DNA from: Albugo candida
Taxonomy: Eukaryota
Reading direction: 5' to 3'
DNA length: 64,000 bases
NCBI GenBank assembly: GCA_040437565.1
Contig: JBDOQK010000015.1
Span: 124,001 to 188,000, forward strand
The notes beneath the pieces are model-generated. The model worked only from the letters and a program-made list of their open reading frames with translations, was not told the DNA's origin and did no database searches. Positions 38,601 through 52,969 of this stretch are shown here, in pieces (the first letter of the stretch is position 1; each line of letters starts with the position of its first letter). Made by a program: the position numbers and the translations under genes.

Positions 38601-40600
38601 ATGCAATCATCTCAATTCATAATCCTAGCAAATATCGCGCTTATTAAGCAAGCAGTGATTAATCTTCCACCTGTACGACACAACACAAGCTAACTTATTT
38701 ATCCAGGGTGTGAACTATGCTCAAAACAGTCTTCTCCATATGGGCAGGCCTTGGAATCAGTCGAAACGTAAGATGAAGTCTCCACAATTATTGATCGTTC
38801 AGCAAAATCGTTGCTCTAGAGAATCACTTATTCAACTCAATCTCCGCGGCCGCTGGCATGACTTACATTACGAGGCATGTATATCCATGCTACCGGAAAT
38901 TAGACTCAAGGACTTCTCGAATCGCCTAGGCTAATGTAGAAATAAATATTAATCCAAACCAGTTACAGAACTATGACCTATGATGCAACGACTTCTTGCA
39001 AACAATCCTGCAGTGCATTTGCCTCCCCCATCGTGATACGAGGCATGTACTCAACTTAAGTGAATTTTTGAATTATTATCAGGCACACTTGTCCCAAGAT
39101 AACCATTTTCACAATAGATAATCACAGCGATCCAAGTAGGACTAGGATTGAGTTGTACTTGTAATTGCACGTGTTGTTGCCGAAACGTAACAATGCTCTT
39201 CAAGTTGTGCGACCGAAGGTACTTGATGCGACCATAGATCTCAAGTATGCTGGGTATCTGCTGCGTCACATCGCTGCCGAGGTGACCAATTTGTCAATAT
39301 AAGATGACTTCTGGCCTACATAAAATTCCACGTAAAGATTCTGTAAAATTACGAAGGTGGAAATGCTGGAAAAATACTTCATATGTAGTCAAACCTCGCA
39401 GAAAAAGGCTTGCGCTTGTAGCCCTATACCGTTTATCCNNNNNNNNNNNNNNNNNNNNNNNNNNNNNNNNNNNNNNNNNNNNNNNNNNNNNNNNNNNNNN
39501 NNNNNNNNNNNNNNNNNNNNNNNNNNNNNNNNNNNNNNAACAATGCTCTTCAAGTTGTGCGACCGAAGGTACTTGATGCGACCATAGATCTCAAGTATGC
39601 TGGGTATCTGCTGCGTCACATCGCTGCCGAGGTGACCAATTTGTCAATATAAGATGACTTCTGGCCTACATAAAATTCCACGTAAAGATTCTGTAAAATT
39701 ACGAAGGTGGAAATGCTGGAAAAATACTTCATATGTAGTCAAACCTCGCAGAAAAAGGCTTGCGCTTGTAGCCCTATACCGTTTATCCAGAAAGAGGTAT
39801 GTGAAAGTCAACAAATAAAGACATTTTGGGGTAAATCTCTATTGGAGTTCAATGAATGGATGAAGCCTGCGCGAAAAATTCTATTATGAAACATCGACGG
39901 AACGGTCGACACAAACTAAGAAGTTGTGACGGCTACGGCACTTTCAAAGGTCAAGGACCAGAAAGTTTTTCAATAGTGCTAGCCACGATTCACTCGCAGT
40001 ATCTGACAATGATAAGGACTGATACATCTATTTTGCCGCTGTGAACAGTTCTAATAGAAGAAATCTTTGATCGATAAAGCTTGCAAAAACGAGTGCAAAT
40101 CCGGCGTCAAATTCACAATTCGAAGATGCAACGCGAAACCCAGTTGATGAAGCACATGATGCATTTCGAAAGATTAATAGTGGAAATGGTTGCCATGCTA
40201 AATGGAGAACAACGAAGAAATGCTTGTGATTATCTTGGGTAGTCTACCTGTAGACTTAGGCTCAATCGTACAGATACTCGAGAAAAAAAACTATCTGGAA
40301 TCGATCTTATGAGTGCAGAAAAGATTCTTTGACGGGAATGGGAACGCATGCAGGATAGCGAATTCATCGAAGCGGCATCACAAGCAACGAGAGAAAGGAT
40401 GTCAAACAAGAAGAGGTATCAAGTAAGTGCTGCGGATGAATTCAACGGGAAGTGTCTCGAGTGGAAAACTTAGACACAGGAAGAATGTATGTCGGACAAG
40501 ATATAACAAAATCATGGGTTAAGAGAGTCTGATGATGATACCCATGCATTTATGGCTGTGGATCACGCGGAAGGGAACAATTAACTATTACGCTGATGGA
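38601..40600 (+). pseudogene. Probable decayed secreted Cys-rich gene
   Basis: Signal-like MQSSQFIILANIALIKQAV at 38601, repeated YEAC codons (TACGAGGCATGTA near 38869 and 39037), SCKQSC and ACKNECK; many stops and frameshifts. Confidence 0.3.
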
Positions 40601-42224
40601 TCCACCAGCCATAAATGTTGTAAGCTTTGTGAAATCTAGAGGCTCCGAAAGTGCTGAAAAATTGAACCAAGACTAGGCTCCCAGTTGCGCATGTAGTTGT
40701 ACCTTAAACTGCCGTTGAGGACACCGAATAATCTTTGCTTGCGAGTCAATCCAGCAATTTCGCTAGCGTGTGTGCCCATCCTGAATACAGCAATGCCGTA
40801 GAAGGACTGAATATGTGAACTGAATTAGTTTATATGATAGAGAATGCTAAGAAAATTGTTGGATGCCGATAGCTGGTGGTGGTGCCGAACAGACGAACTG
40901 CAGTGCCACTTCATGTTGTTCAAGCTGATTGTCCTTCATTCCGTCATGATCGTAGGCACAATAGACCATGCAATATTCTACAACGGGCCGGGAGAAAGAA
41001 GATTGGTAAAGTTCGAAGTAGCTCTACCATACTCGTCGTAATTACTCACACTGGAAGAGAATCTTGACCTTGTCCACTTCCTTCACACGAAGGATGATGG
41101 AATCATATAATGCCATCTTGAATTTTCTTTAAAAACGGACTGGAGATCGCGACACGGAACTGCGGCTTCTGAAATTATGCAGTACACGCTTGTCTTAATG
41201 GAGACAGAAGTCTTCCAATTCTTCTGTATCTGTTGCCCAGTTCGTTACCGAGATGACGAGTGTGATCAAGATGAAATGAACTTTTGTTGCTTCGGGAGTG
41301 TGCTGGAATGAATTCAAGTGATCATACCAATTGTCGGGTAGATAAGCGACATCAGCTCGGTAATTTGGTTCTAAGTTGGCTAACCAACTTTTTCTCATCC
41401 ATATCTGATCGCGAGTGCTATCTGATAACAGAATTCATNNNNNNNNNNNNNNNNNNNNNNNNNNNNNNNNNNNNNNNNNNNNNNNNNNNNNNNNNNNNNN
41501 NNNNNNNNNNNNNNNNNNNNNNNNNNNNNNNNNNNNNNGGAAGAGGCAGGTCATCAGGTTCACGCAATCATTCAACATAAAGAGATCCTTCAGCTTTTGA
41601 ATATGTCCAGACAGAAGATCAAACTCAGACTTCTAATCCACAAACCCCTCGCCTTCCCAGATGCAGTATTTGTCAAGCAACAGGACATAATGCCAGGAGT
41701 TGCAGGTTGCGTCCTGCATCAAAGTCCACTTTCAATCAAATCAGTTAAGATTAGTTAAAGTGATGAAATATGATTGGCTAAAAAAAGTGGATGGGGTTGA
41801 GTTTAGGGTAAAGCGAGGGTGAATTTAGGAACTCACTTTACTTCTATACAGGGAATTGTTATAGGGAACCGTTATTCAGCACTCAGCCTCCATAAATTAT
41901 TAGATTAGTGGCCTCTGACTGGTTAGAATAAGTATTAAAGAATAAAAAAAGTAAATTACGAAGAATCGTTACTAAATTAGGGGTATTGATATCCCGACAA
42001 CTTTTTTTTTAAATTACAACATGCCTAGTTGAATTATTCCTCTCACAGCTTTTTCTTTTATGCAATATACATACATGATTTTACATTTCAGACTAATTAC
42101 ATCCATACACACCCTGAACTGTTGCTCCAACAGCTCCAATCGTGGATTATTTGTGATTGGCTAATACACAGAACGTTTCATCTATGATAGGCTATTACTT
42201 CTGACAATTTCCATTTGACACATA

Positions 42225-42300
42225 GCATTTGAGCATCGGACACAGGGAAATGCAAGTGCAGCAATTGCGGAAAATCGGCCACAACAAGCGGTCTTGTGGA
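42225..42300 (+). mobile_element. Zinc-knuckle remnant of a MULE-type transposase C-terminus
   Basis: AFEH...KCSNCGK(fs)GHNKRSC parallels FEH...KCSQCKRVGHDRRTC of the MULE at 52850-52940. Confidence 0.5.
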
Positions 42301-42660
42301 ATTCCGGTTACAAGGTTAGATTCAGCACAAGCTTTAGTAAAGAATTAGATATTTTTCCTTGACAGAATTATTTCCTAACACATTTTACTTTCGGCCGTTA
42401 GTGTATAATAACTTTTGCATCTTCACGACGCATTATAGCTTAACAAACTGGCAATAAATCGTCTACTAGTGATGAGTGTTTAGCTCAGTTGAAGGTATCT
42501 TTCTCTACTAGATTTAGCCTTAGACGTAAATGACTTCTATTAGTCAAAAATGTAAACTTANNNNNNNNNNNNNNNNNNNNNNNNNNNNNNNNNNNNNNNN
42601 NNNNNNNNNNNNNNNNNNNNNNNNNNNNNNNNNNNNNNNNNNNNNNNNNNNNNNNNNNNN

Positions 42661-43480
42661 CGTTCTGAAGGGATAGGAGCATTTTTCCTCTCACAGGATA
42701 AAGCAACTTCCCGTATGAAATTTGCTCGCATACTTTAACGAGGCGGACCAGCTGTGGAGGCACGCTGGAGTACTGAAGTACAATGTCCACGTCGACATCA
42801 CGACTCCCTTACACTCAAAAGTTTCTAGGAAGGTTACAAAGACTACTGGGTATCCTAGACCGTGAAGGGGACGTAAGATGGGGATCCGTTCTTCGTCCAC
42901 TCCCACACCGAATTACGTCGAGGAAGTATTTGGATTCTAGAGAATCATACTGCTGGAAGAAGTAGTGATCCTATGGATGATGACTGGTTGGCATTCCAGC
43001 TGTTGAAATTCATCCTCGTGTAAACCATCCCTCGAAGATTTCCACCAGGCATTTTCGATACTTCAGCAATGGCTCTTCTATCCAGTAGTCTCTCGAATAC
43101 TGGATTCCGTGATCTTCCACTCGACCGGACGGGATTTTCCTATCTGGTGTACGCACCAACGCTTGCCTGTATGCAGAATCATGGAATAGGTGGCCTTTGA
43201 GATCTTTAAGGACTTCGCTTCTTCCAACATTTCATCCAGCAGCAACCCCCTGGGTGCTCCCCGTCTACATATAGTTGCAGTATAGCCTCGATATCCGAGG
43301 TTTTCGGGGGCTCCACCCAAAATTTCGCTCGAGCTCTAGCAATGCCTTTACACAAGCTTACAGAAGAACTCCTGGGACTTGATAATATCCGCCAAGGTTG
43401 GACGGTTCGTATTATCCCCACTTGAAGTTGCCTTTGGTTCACCCTGTGACGAGGCAGTGATAGTACCACCGTTACCACCC
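42661..43480 (-). mobile_element. Degenerate retroelement ORF, possibly non-LTR (LINE) ORF1/gag-like
   Basis: Overlapping frameshifted minus-strand fragments (ARAKFWVEPP, LLDEMLEEAK, WTLYFSTPAC, CEQISYGKLLYPVRGK) in a gene-poor tract next to a gap; family call is recalled resemblance only. Confidence 0.35.
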
Positions 43481-44749
43481 TGCACCGTCACAACGGGAGT
43501 GGGCGTATTTCCACGCCATCACACAGGGGTGATGACTCATTATCAATAGACCAATCACTCAAAGGAAGACTCGTCAGGGTTGTCACGTCAATACAAGTGG
43601 ACGCTAGCACCCTAGATTGTTTCGATATGTCGACTTGAACTATTGTTCTCGAGAGGAAAGTGTTAAAAAGACGCTGTCTTTCGAGTTGTTTGTACTAATC
43701 TGGTGGGTTATGAATTAGCCGGCAAATTGAGAAGTGTATTCTAGACTCATCAATTGCGCGTACCACTCTGTTTTCTGGTCATTTCTGCTGAGTAATTCTC
43801 TGCGGCGGTAGTAGCTTTTAGCTCTGTTATTGGTATATATGTTAGCCGACTCCGGAAGGAGTTGCCGATAAAGGTTCAGGCTATTTTTGCTGTTTTTGAG
43901 CCCTGCAAATGACCAAAGGGTCTTCAACTCACTCAGAGCTATGTATTAGTATATTTTATGTTCGCGTTCATCAGATCCATCAAATTTGAGGCCATTATCT
44001 GCTCGAAGAAAAGGTTTTGCGTGACATGACCAAAGTTACTCACTTTTTGGACAAATACGCCTGCGTGTATGGTATTTTTATACCATTGGAAGACTGATTA
44101 GGACGCTAATTGATTCGTTCTTAGGATCAAGGTTCTTATTCATGGACACGGCAAGCGCCACAGAAAAGCGATCTATTGCAACATTTGGATATTAAAAGTT
44201 CATCAAGGCATAGTGATTATTCAATAATTAGAGCAATGTAAAGTTTATCAACCAGGAAAACCCTTATCCAAGGTGGAAGCTTTCATTACAAACCGACGGG
44301 TTATCCAAACCTGAGAGATTATCAGCAATACCATCCGATGCATCGTGATTGTATCAAATTTCCTGTCCAGAAGAGTCGTTGCTGTGCTTGATTGCCTTGC
44401 TCTACATAATCTGAAAATGACAGCGCCCTTACACAAGTCAATTATTGTACTGCGTTTGATAGTGGATATCACTTGCCCAGCACTGGAACTTTGACCTCGT
44501 AGATGGATACAGCTGCTATATACGCTTCCAAATTATATTCCAGTAATGCCTAATTCTTTTCTTTCATAGGCGGTCTCAAAAAACATTATCTTCACTACAT
44601 TAACGAGCGGTGGAGGGACTCAAGAAATTGTTCGAATAAGGGTTCAACGTCACCTTCCTACATATATCATAGTATTTATAGAATGGATGTAACTCACTGT
44701 TTTCAACCATGATGCTCACTGCAAGAATACGTGGTAAACTCAACAGAGT

Positions 44750-47653
44750 ATGTATCAAGCCGTCAGGTTTGCTAGTTCGTTGCAGGGAAAAGGATCACGG
44801 CGTGAGCACATTCCTGCTTCCCGACATTCTTCTCTATTGGTGACGACACCGTGGAAGGGTGCGACATTTATTTACTCATATTGTTGATACTGAAACAATA
44901 GCTGGCTTAGATGAAAAGACGGCTATCAAAGAAAGATCAAAATCGGTCCACCAGCAGAATTTCACGGTTGTGTCTTCTTTCTCTAGAGCAAGCAAACTGG
45001 GCGTTAAGACGAGGTCTTCATTTTCGAATCGAAATGAATCAAATCCTGCATGCTCGACATCTCAATCGAAACCTGGTGGACCGGATGTGCCTGCTGCGTC
45101 ACAATCAGCAATAGATGATTCATTCAACAGAAATGCCGTTGATCATCGGTCTTCAACTTCGGATGTAACGTATCTGACCATGCTTGCTGATCAAAATTTG
45201 ATAGCGCACCTGAAGAACACATTGAACAGCATTATCAAAGAAATGGATTTGATCGATCAAAAGAAACTTTCTATTTTGAGGCTTGGTACAGAACTTCGAG
45301 GACTTTTAGGCAAAGCACAGGATGAATTCCTCGCATATGAATCGTCTTTTGTCACAATTATCAATGAACTAAGCACAAATTCTGGTCTTATCATAGCTTT
45401 ACAAAATTTTGCATCCTCTCTATCTCAGTTACCCCCTCTAATTGCGAGGATACAGCAGCATCGAACGCTTTTTTTGAACAAAGTTTTTAAACGCGAGATT
45501 ATGTTTGCATTTCAGGAAATAAATTCATACTATACGTCAGCCTTCATCGAGCTGTCAATGGCAATTGGTACGGGTCAGTTGAGTGTCCTTGAAGCGCCCG
45601 CAAATAAGGAGAAGGATGGCAATAGTCAGAGTGAACACGAGGTCAACTACAGTGAGCGAATCGGTACGAACATAATTAGCCGCTCTTTTTTTTATGAATT
45701 TCTGACCCTGAGGCTGATAAGCTGCGCTTGAGAAGCAAAGGATATGCATCGAGGCACATCAGTACTATTTTGGCACGAGCTTGAAACCTTTGAACTACAA
45801 AAAAGCAATTGAACTTTATCGTGACGCAGCACAGAAGGGAATCGTTGATGCGCAAATCAGTCTTGGCCGTATCTACTTGTACGGTATTCCAAATGTGCTG
45901 GCCTCTGACTTTTATCAGGCGGAGAAATACCTCAAACAAGCATCTATGTCTGAATGGAATCCCCACACTAGTTACTTGCTAGGAACTTTATATCTACGTC
46001 AAGTACACCTGACGGATCGTATGCAAAAAATGTATCTTCTGGCAGAATCTTTTTTTTTACAAGCTGCGGAGAGGGGACATGCAGATGCACAATTTGAACT
46101 TGGATGTCTCTATTTGACCGAACAGTTTGCCCATACTGAAGAAGATCTCAGCGTTGATTCTCGTCGACCTATGGCAATGAAATGGTTACACTCAGCGGCA
46201 GAGCAGGAGCATGGAAATGCCGAGTACAAATATGGGGAGCTTTTGATCGAAATAGATAAGGCACAAGGTGTGCACTACTTGCGAAGAGCGGTGGAGAAGG
46301 TCAGCTACTGCCGCTTTTTGTCAAAGAAAAGCCTAAATGATCCTGCCGTGTTGTTCAGAGCATCCCAGAGGCCATGTTTGCTTTAGGAAGATACTACGAG
46401 AGTGTTGATAGTATCGAACAAGACCTTGATCGAGCAATCGGATATTATCGCCAGGTGATCCCATTTTATATCATCATCCTGCCTCATATTGACTCTGACC
46501 CTTGTGACCCTTTTAGGCCGTAGCGCGAGGCCATTCTCTTGCGAAGTATCACTTGGCATGTTCACTTTTACTACGAATGAATACAGAGGGGAACGGAAGA
46601 AGCACCAATTTCTGGGACGTCATGTCGATGGATTTCTCGAATACGATTCAAAAACAGCAAGAGATTTTATATCTATTTATGCAAGCAGATTCGGAAGGAG
46701 TTGTCGAGGCCTCACATCAAATTGGACGACTCTGGGAGTCTTTCCCTTCCAATCACAGCAAAATGGTAGGACTCTGGCATTACAAAAATGCAACGATGGG
46801 AAAAGTGGTAAGGTGCTTACGTGATCCTTATGAATGCCGTTGCACCAACCCGCACCATCATGACCAGCCAAACCCGATCGCAGCACTTCGAGCCGCATCC
46901 ATGCTATATGACGGCATTGGTTGCAAAGCTGACAAGCGAAAAGCTCATTACTTCTATACGATCGCAGCCAATGCTGGAAATGCAAATGCACTAAATGCAC
47001 TCGGTAACCATCCTGCCATCTCCCGGCACCAAAACGGCCCTGATCACATTCTATGCAGGTTTGATGTACGAGGATGGAGAAGGTTGTGAATTTGACTTTG
47101 CCAAAGCCGCTGAGCTTTTCCANNNNNNNNNNNNNNNNNNNNNNNNNNNNNNNNNNNNNNNNNNNNNNNNNNNNNNNNNNNNNNNNNNNNNNNNNNNNNN
47201 NNNNNNNNNNNNNNNNNNNNNNGCTCATTACTTCTATACGATCGCAGCCAATGCTGGAAATGCAAATGCACTAAATGCACTCGGTAACCATCCTGCCATC
47301 TCCCGGCACCAAAACGGCCCTGATCACATTCTATGCAGGTTTGATGTACGAGGATGGAGAAGGTTGTGAATTTGACTTTGCCAAAGCCGCTGAGCTTTTC
47401 CACCAAGCGGCATTATCAAATCATCCTCATGCTCATTTCAATTTGGGATGTCTTCTGGAAAAGGGCAAAGGTGTGGAGCAAAATCACTCTGCAGCAAGGT
47501 CGCACCTTCAAAAGGTTGGCTATCAAACTTACACGTAAACATTTTCATGGCTAGCATCATTTGTAGGCCATGGAGTTGGGATATCAGAATGCTGAAAATT
47601 CAATTCGTCAAAGAATGACATATTCTAGATTGCATGAGCAAGCTCGTCGTTAG
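44750..47653 (+). CDS. Sel1-like repeat protein with N-terminal helical region, multi-exon
   Basis: Repeats NYKKAIELYRDAAQKGIVDAQISLG, AAERGHADAQFELG, AANAGNANALNALG/LMYEDGEG and HPHAHFNLGCLLEKGKGVEQN; internal gap duplication. Confidence 0.88.
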
Positions 47654-48112
47654 CGGTTTTTGGCATGATTATGGCTGAGAATGAAGAACGCATTTACCTG
47701 ATCGCTAACCTGTTTAGTTTCAGTAAAAAAAGCTATTATGAAGCAGGATAGGGTGGATTCGTCTTTGTATTACGCANNNNNNNNNNNNNNNNNNNNNNNN
47801 NNNNNNNNNNNNNNNNNNNNNNNNNNNNNNNNNNNNNNNNNNNNNNNNNNNNNNNNNNNNNNNNNNNNNNNNNNNNACACGTAAACATTTTCATGGCTAG
47901 CATCATTTGTAGGCCATGAAGTTGGGATATCAGAATGCTGAAAACTCATCCCGTCAAAGAATGGCATATTCTAGATTGCATGAGCAAGCTCGTCGTTAGC
48001 GGTTTTTGGCATGATTATGAAGAACGCATTTACCTGATCGCTAACCTGTTTAGTTTCAGTAAAAAAAGCTATTATGAAGCAGGATAGGGTGGATTCGTCT
48101 TTGTATTACGCA
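47530..48112. repeat. Gap-flanking near-identical duplication of the Sel1 gene 3' end
   Basis: 47530-47776 versus about 47877-48112, with substitutions and a ~10-bp indel in the 3' UTR. Confidence 0.85.
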
Positions 48113-48204
48113 AATCCTGCGAGCTAAATCGAAAGAAAAAACTTCACATCATGCACAACCTCGGCGTTCGAGTTTTTCACTCTACTTACTCGCCAGCTGG
48201 TATC

Positions 48205-50111
48205 TCATGTCAATTCGCGACGCCCAAATTGGGCTTCCTCCATATATTGAGCCGAGACGACTCGATTGGCAAAGCCACGACCGTGAAGCTCATTGGCAGC
48301 AGCTTGTGAGGTGGAAATGTCGCCAAACTCGATATAAACTTTGCCTAAGGCCTCATCTCCGTATCCTTCTTTAACCCGTGGGAGTATGATTGTAGTCACG
48401 GGGCCATATCGCTCACATTCTGATCGAATATCATCCATGATATCTCGGAATTCATCTTCGTCTTCAAGCTCTTCTGGCGTCACCATGTTTCGAAGAACAA
48501 GCACTCGAGAAGGACTACCAATTGGGCCCAAGTGCACACCTGCCATCGATATTGTCTGCATGGCGGCTCTGGACGGATCAAGACCCATTTCGACGCCTGC
48601 GTTTACTGTACCTGCGGCATTTGCAATTACTTTTGCGCTTTCCTGAGATAATGCACGGCGAACTGTGAGTGTTCGATCACCAAGTTTCATGTCGTTTAAG
48701 CCTATGCAGGCTGCGTCAGTAACACCGGAATCCATATATTCACAAAATGCATAGCCCTATACAAAAAAAAGTGTCAAGAGGGTTGCATGATCAAGTCAGT
48801 GACCATTACTCTACCTTTGACAAGTTGGTGGTCAAATCTTTGACTAAATGGAAGGATTTCAGAGGCCCAAACGCTTGCAGCAGTTCTTTTATTTGTTCCT
48901 CAGAAAGGTGGTAAGGAATGCCACCGATGAAAACCTTTCCAGGTCCATCCTGCACAGTAGTCGATACAATACCAAGTGCTGCTAGATTGAGCGCAGGGAT
49001 CGGGCCAAGATCCTTTGGCACCAAACCAGGATTGTAATCATTTGGGCGGCGTATTTTGAGTGGTTGCCCTCTGAACGCTATTCCATCCAAATTCATGCAC
49101 GCTGTAGTGAGCTCAATACTCTTCAATTCCACAAACGCGAAATGTCTTTCACGATTGATGTAAACAGACACCACAGCTCCTCCTTCTTGTAGTTCACCAA
49201 GAGCACGGTCGATCACGTCATTGAAAAATGCCGATATTTCCATCTCGTTGACTTCACCAATTCCACCTACATAGATGCGCCGTGCATGACGAGTTTGTTG
49301 CGCCATTGGAGTATTGAAGTTTTGCTGAATGGAAAGATTATCATTCGTCAGCTTAAAGAGCATGGAAGAAAAGATTAAACGATTACATACATTTGTACTA
49401 TTGCTGGGAGGCGGCCCAAAAGAAGCAGGACCAACAGCCCCTGAAAGTGCTGCCATGTTGTGCTGTAAGATGGCTTGTGCTGCGTAGGCAGCTGCATTTT
49501 CCTCAGTAACCCCAGGTGGTCGCACATCAAAATTTGATTTTCTTCGATGACGACGTTCTCGCTGACGTGATTCTGAATTTGACCGACTTCGTGAGCGCCT
49601 TCGATGATATTTTATCTAATCAGCTGGATCACATATCTAAGCAGAAATCACTCACCTTGAGCGTTTACGGCGTTCAGTCCGGTCTTGATGCTTTTCTCGC
49701 TCACGATGACGATCTCTTTTACTATCTCTGTCCCGATCGGGATCTTTTGATCTCTGAGAGACAGAATGACGCAAATCGTTTCCGCGATCTTTTGTGCGTG
49801 CATCGTGTGGAGATCGTGAACGACTTGCTCTCCGCATTTTACGAGAGCTTTGTTGCTACATGTGATTGAATCAGTATGTGATAAATGCCATGACAGAATC
49901 AATTGAACATAATTACGTTAATTTCGAACTGATTGTTAAATGCTTTTGTAGGACCATTCTCTTGCGAGTGAGAATCGGAAGATGTGTTATTTTGGCCATA
50001 TCCTCTTTTTATCGAAAGCAATGCAGAATCAGACGCAGCATGGGATGGGGTGGAAGCTGGTTCTTTGTTCATCCAGGCAGGAAGCGTCATAGCTCGACCT
50101 CGACCGGCCAT
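48205..50111 (-). CDS. U2AF2: Splicing factor U2AF large subunit (U2AF65), multi-exon
   Basis: RS domain, ULM-like RKSNFDVRPPG, RRM1 TRHARRIYVGG...FAFVEL, RRM2 KVFIGGIP...SK/GYAFCEY, and UHM SRVLVLRNMV...GKVYIEF. Confidence 0.95.
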
Positions 50112-50799
50112 TGTTTTTGCTTGCCTAAACAAAACTTTCGAAATTTAACGAGAAGGTAATGTACATTGTATGGAGCCGAATTGCGATGTTTTAAACACAT
50201 GTCATTGAAGAATCATTAGGATCACTATTAATTTCAAGGCCTTTCTTCATCAAGGATGCATGTGGTAGAATGTATTAGCCTAGCTTGAACTAGAAAATAG
50301 CTGATGACGTATTCCTTTCAAAACCTCGGACGCGATTTACGCATGATGAGCGTATTTGTCGACTTTGTGCATCTACAGTGATAAATAATGGTTGCACCCG
50401 ATTCATGTTGTAAGATAATGAGTCCAATTCGATTCACAATCCAATTCGTATATGCTGATAACAGACGACTATATGAATTCGAAGATACGTTGGAAAGCAG
50501 GCCGCCGTAGTTCCAGTATGGCTCTCGTCCTTGTGAGCATCACCATTGTGCCTAAACGTAATTGAATTCGAATAAGGTAAACACGTGCCTACCTACCATA
50601 TTTGATGCTCTTGTCGAATGATACTTTTCGAAAGTGACACATTCTGCATAAACCACTACATCAGAGCGTTCATGCATTTTGTAACGCTGCCGTAGTGTGA
50701 TTTTGAGCGTTCATTGATTTGCTTACCTGGACCACGCTTTCGCACAATTTGGTCCAAGATTGGAAGGATTTTCTTGCATCTTTCAAATCCAAGTCATTG

Positions 50800-52969
50800 A
50801 AGCCTCAACGAGAAGAAATGATGGATTTTAGTACGCGTGATAATCGAGTAGGCTAAGGGTACGAACCTGGTTCGATATGAGCTCTGAAGCCTAACGGTGC
50901 TTTACGGACTGCCTTTATGAAATAAGCATTGCACTTTTTGAACATACGTTGATGATCTGCGAACATGAAAGGGCATGTGGTGAAAGTTCTTTTCAACAAG
51001 CGCATTTGTGAGGGCGACATGTCAAGACAGAGACTCCCTTATTGTGTGTGTGCAACTAAATGTAGTTTATCCTGCCCATCAAGGTCACGGTGCAACGAAT
51101 GACCTATCCGCGTACCCAGTTCACCGAACTTTGAGTGCTAAACAGCAGCAATCAATAGCCAACATGTCACGGGCAGGAGAAACACCAAGGGTGATACTGG
51201 ATAGTCTGCGACAAGCAGACCAAGATTGTCTGGCGATTGGGAAGGACATGTATAATGTAAAACAAAAAGGTGGTACACCACAACTGTCAGCGACAACGAA
51301 TATGTTGGACAATAAACACTGTGCTAGCTATCTTTCACTTAGGTGCGTAACAATGATTTGGACGGCCGTCACCCAATTGAAGGTGTTTTGGACCTTTTGG
51401 ATGAAGAGAATGTTCATCACAAGGCAAGCTGTGACTACGCCAGACGTTTACGTCGCTTGCTTACCGCACCCAAAGCTGGTGTATCTGTGGCCAAAGAATT
51501 CACATCTAATTCAATCTTTGTGATGGATTCTACTTACAAGACCAACAGGTAATTGTGCATTGCGCCGCGTTCAATTTCAAATCAGATGTTTTATTCAATA
51601 TTTCTCAATTAATTATAAAATGCCGTTCTTGCACATCGTTGGCGTTACTCCCACAAATCAGACGATTTTACTTGCCTTTTGCTTCTATCAAAAGGGTGCG
51701 AAAATGATTATGCACGGGCTTTAGTGGAATTCAGGCATGTGTTTAAGTCCCTCTTCACTTCTGTAACTTTCTTTTTTTATTTTACTATCCAGTCAATCAG
51801 GTATTGATAGTTTTCTTCCGTTTGCAGCGTATTATATAGTTGATCGTGAAGTCTCGGTCATGACAGCTGTGCGCCGCATTCTCCCCAAGCTGGATTATTA
51901 ATATGCCTATGGCATATAAACAAGAACATTCTGGCGAAGAGAAACGGTGATTTCAGTACAGAATACGACGAGTTTTTCCAGAATTGGACACAGTTATGCT
52001 CAGCAATAACAGAAGAAGAGTATGCATCTGCTTGGAGAACAATAGAAGAAAGCGTTCTTGTAGCCGTCTCGCGATATGTGCAAATCTACTTGGCTGCCAC
52101 ACCGGGGACGTTTTGTTGTGGCGTGGACAAGACGCAACGTCCATTTAAGTCACAATATGTCACATCCAGGGTTGAAAGGAAGTAACAGCTACACAAAACA
52201 ATGGATCACTGTATCCACCTCCGATATTCATGAAGTTTACGGGAAAATGGTCTTAGCTGGGGAGGCGCAACGCAGAGAAATTAGCAGTGCATTGCCTTAG
52301 CAAGTATGCAAACCCCATACGATTGCGCATCACATTTTGGGAAAAGCTGTGCGGAAGGTGTCCAAGTGCTCTTCAAAAAAAGTAGGTTATCAATCATTTT
52401 ATTTTTGAGGATACTATGACTACTGATGGACTATACCTTGTTTGCTGGTCTGTTTCGTTCAGGTCCTCCAGCAGTATGAGATCTCACTTTCTCCGGAAGA
52501 TTTATCGCCTTGCACCAGAACTTTTAGAGAAACAATGGGACTTCCTTGCAAGCATGATTTACGCACAATTTTATGGAACAATTCTCAGTTATAAATGTCT
52601 CAGTTTGACAAACACTGGTGGTTGCAGCGGCCTCGTCTAGTGGAATCTCAGCAAGAGGTATCTGATTTTTCTGAGAAGATCAGAAGGTTGGAAAGGCGCC
52701 ACCAGGCAATGAATCCACACCAGTACATCCTTTTGACTGCTGCTCTTGGTTCACTGGACAATTCCAAAACATTTCTGGTCCAAGAACCAGCTATTGTACG
52801 TACTCGTGGCCGCCCGGTGGGAGCTGGATCTTCCACTAGGCGAGATCCATCTTTGTTTGAGCATGCTAAAAGTCAACCTCAACCCCAGCGGAAATGTAGT
52901 CAGTGCAAGAGGGTAGGGCATGATCGACGGACATGTCCCCAATCCTTGTCTAGTGCGTCTTTGGTATAG
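50800..52969 (+). mobile_element. Degenerate Mutator-like (MULE) transposase
   Basis: FVMDSTYKTNR/YKMPFLHIVG, CLWHINKNIL, WLPHRGRFVVAWT, VRTRGRP and zinc knuckle KCSQCKRVGHDRRTC; several frameshifts and stops; TIRs not identified. Confidence 0.88.

Noticed and set aside
41790..41830. TTTAGGG / TTTAGG telomere-like motifs
   Set aside because: Isolated copies, no tandem array
49520..49545. Phe in place of Trp in the U2AF65 ULM
   Set aside because: Plant U2AF65 also has Phe at this position, so it is not novel
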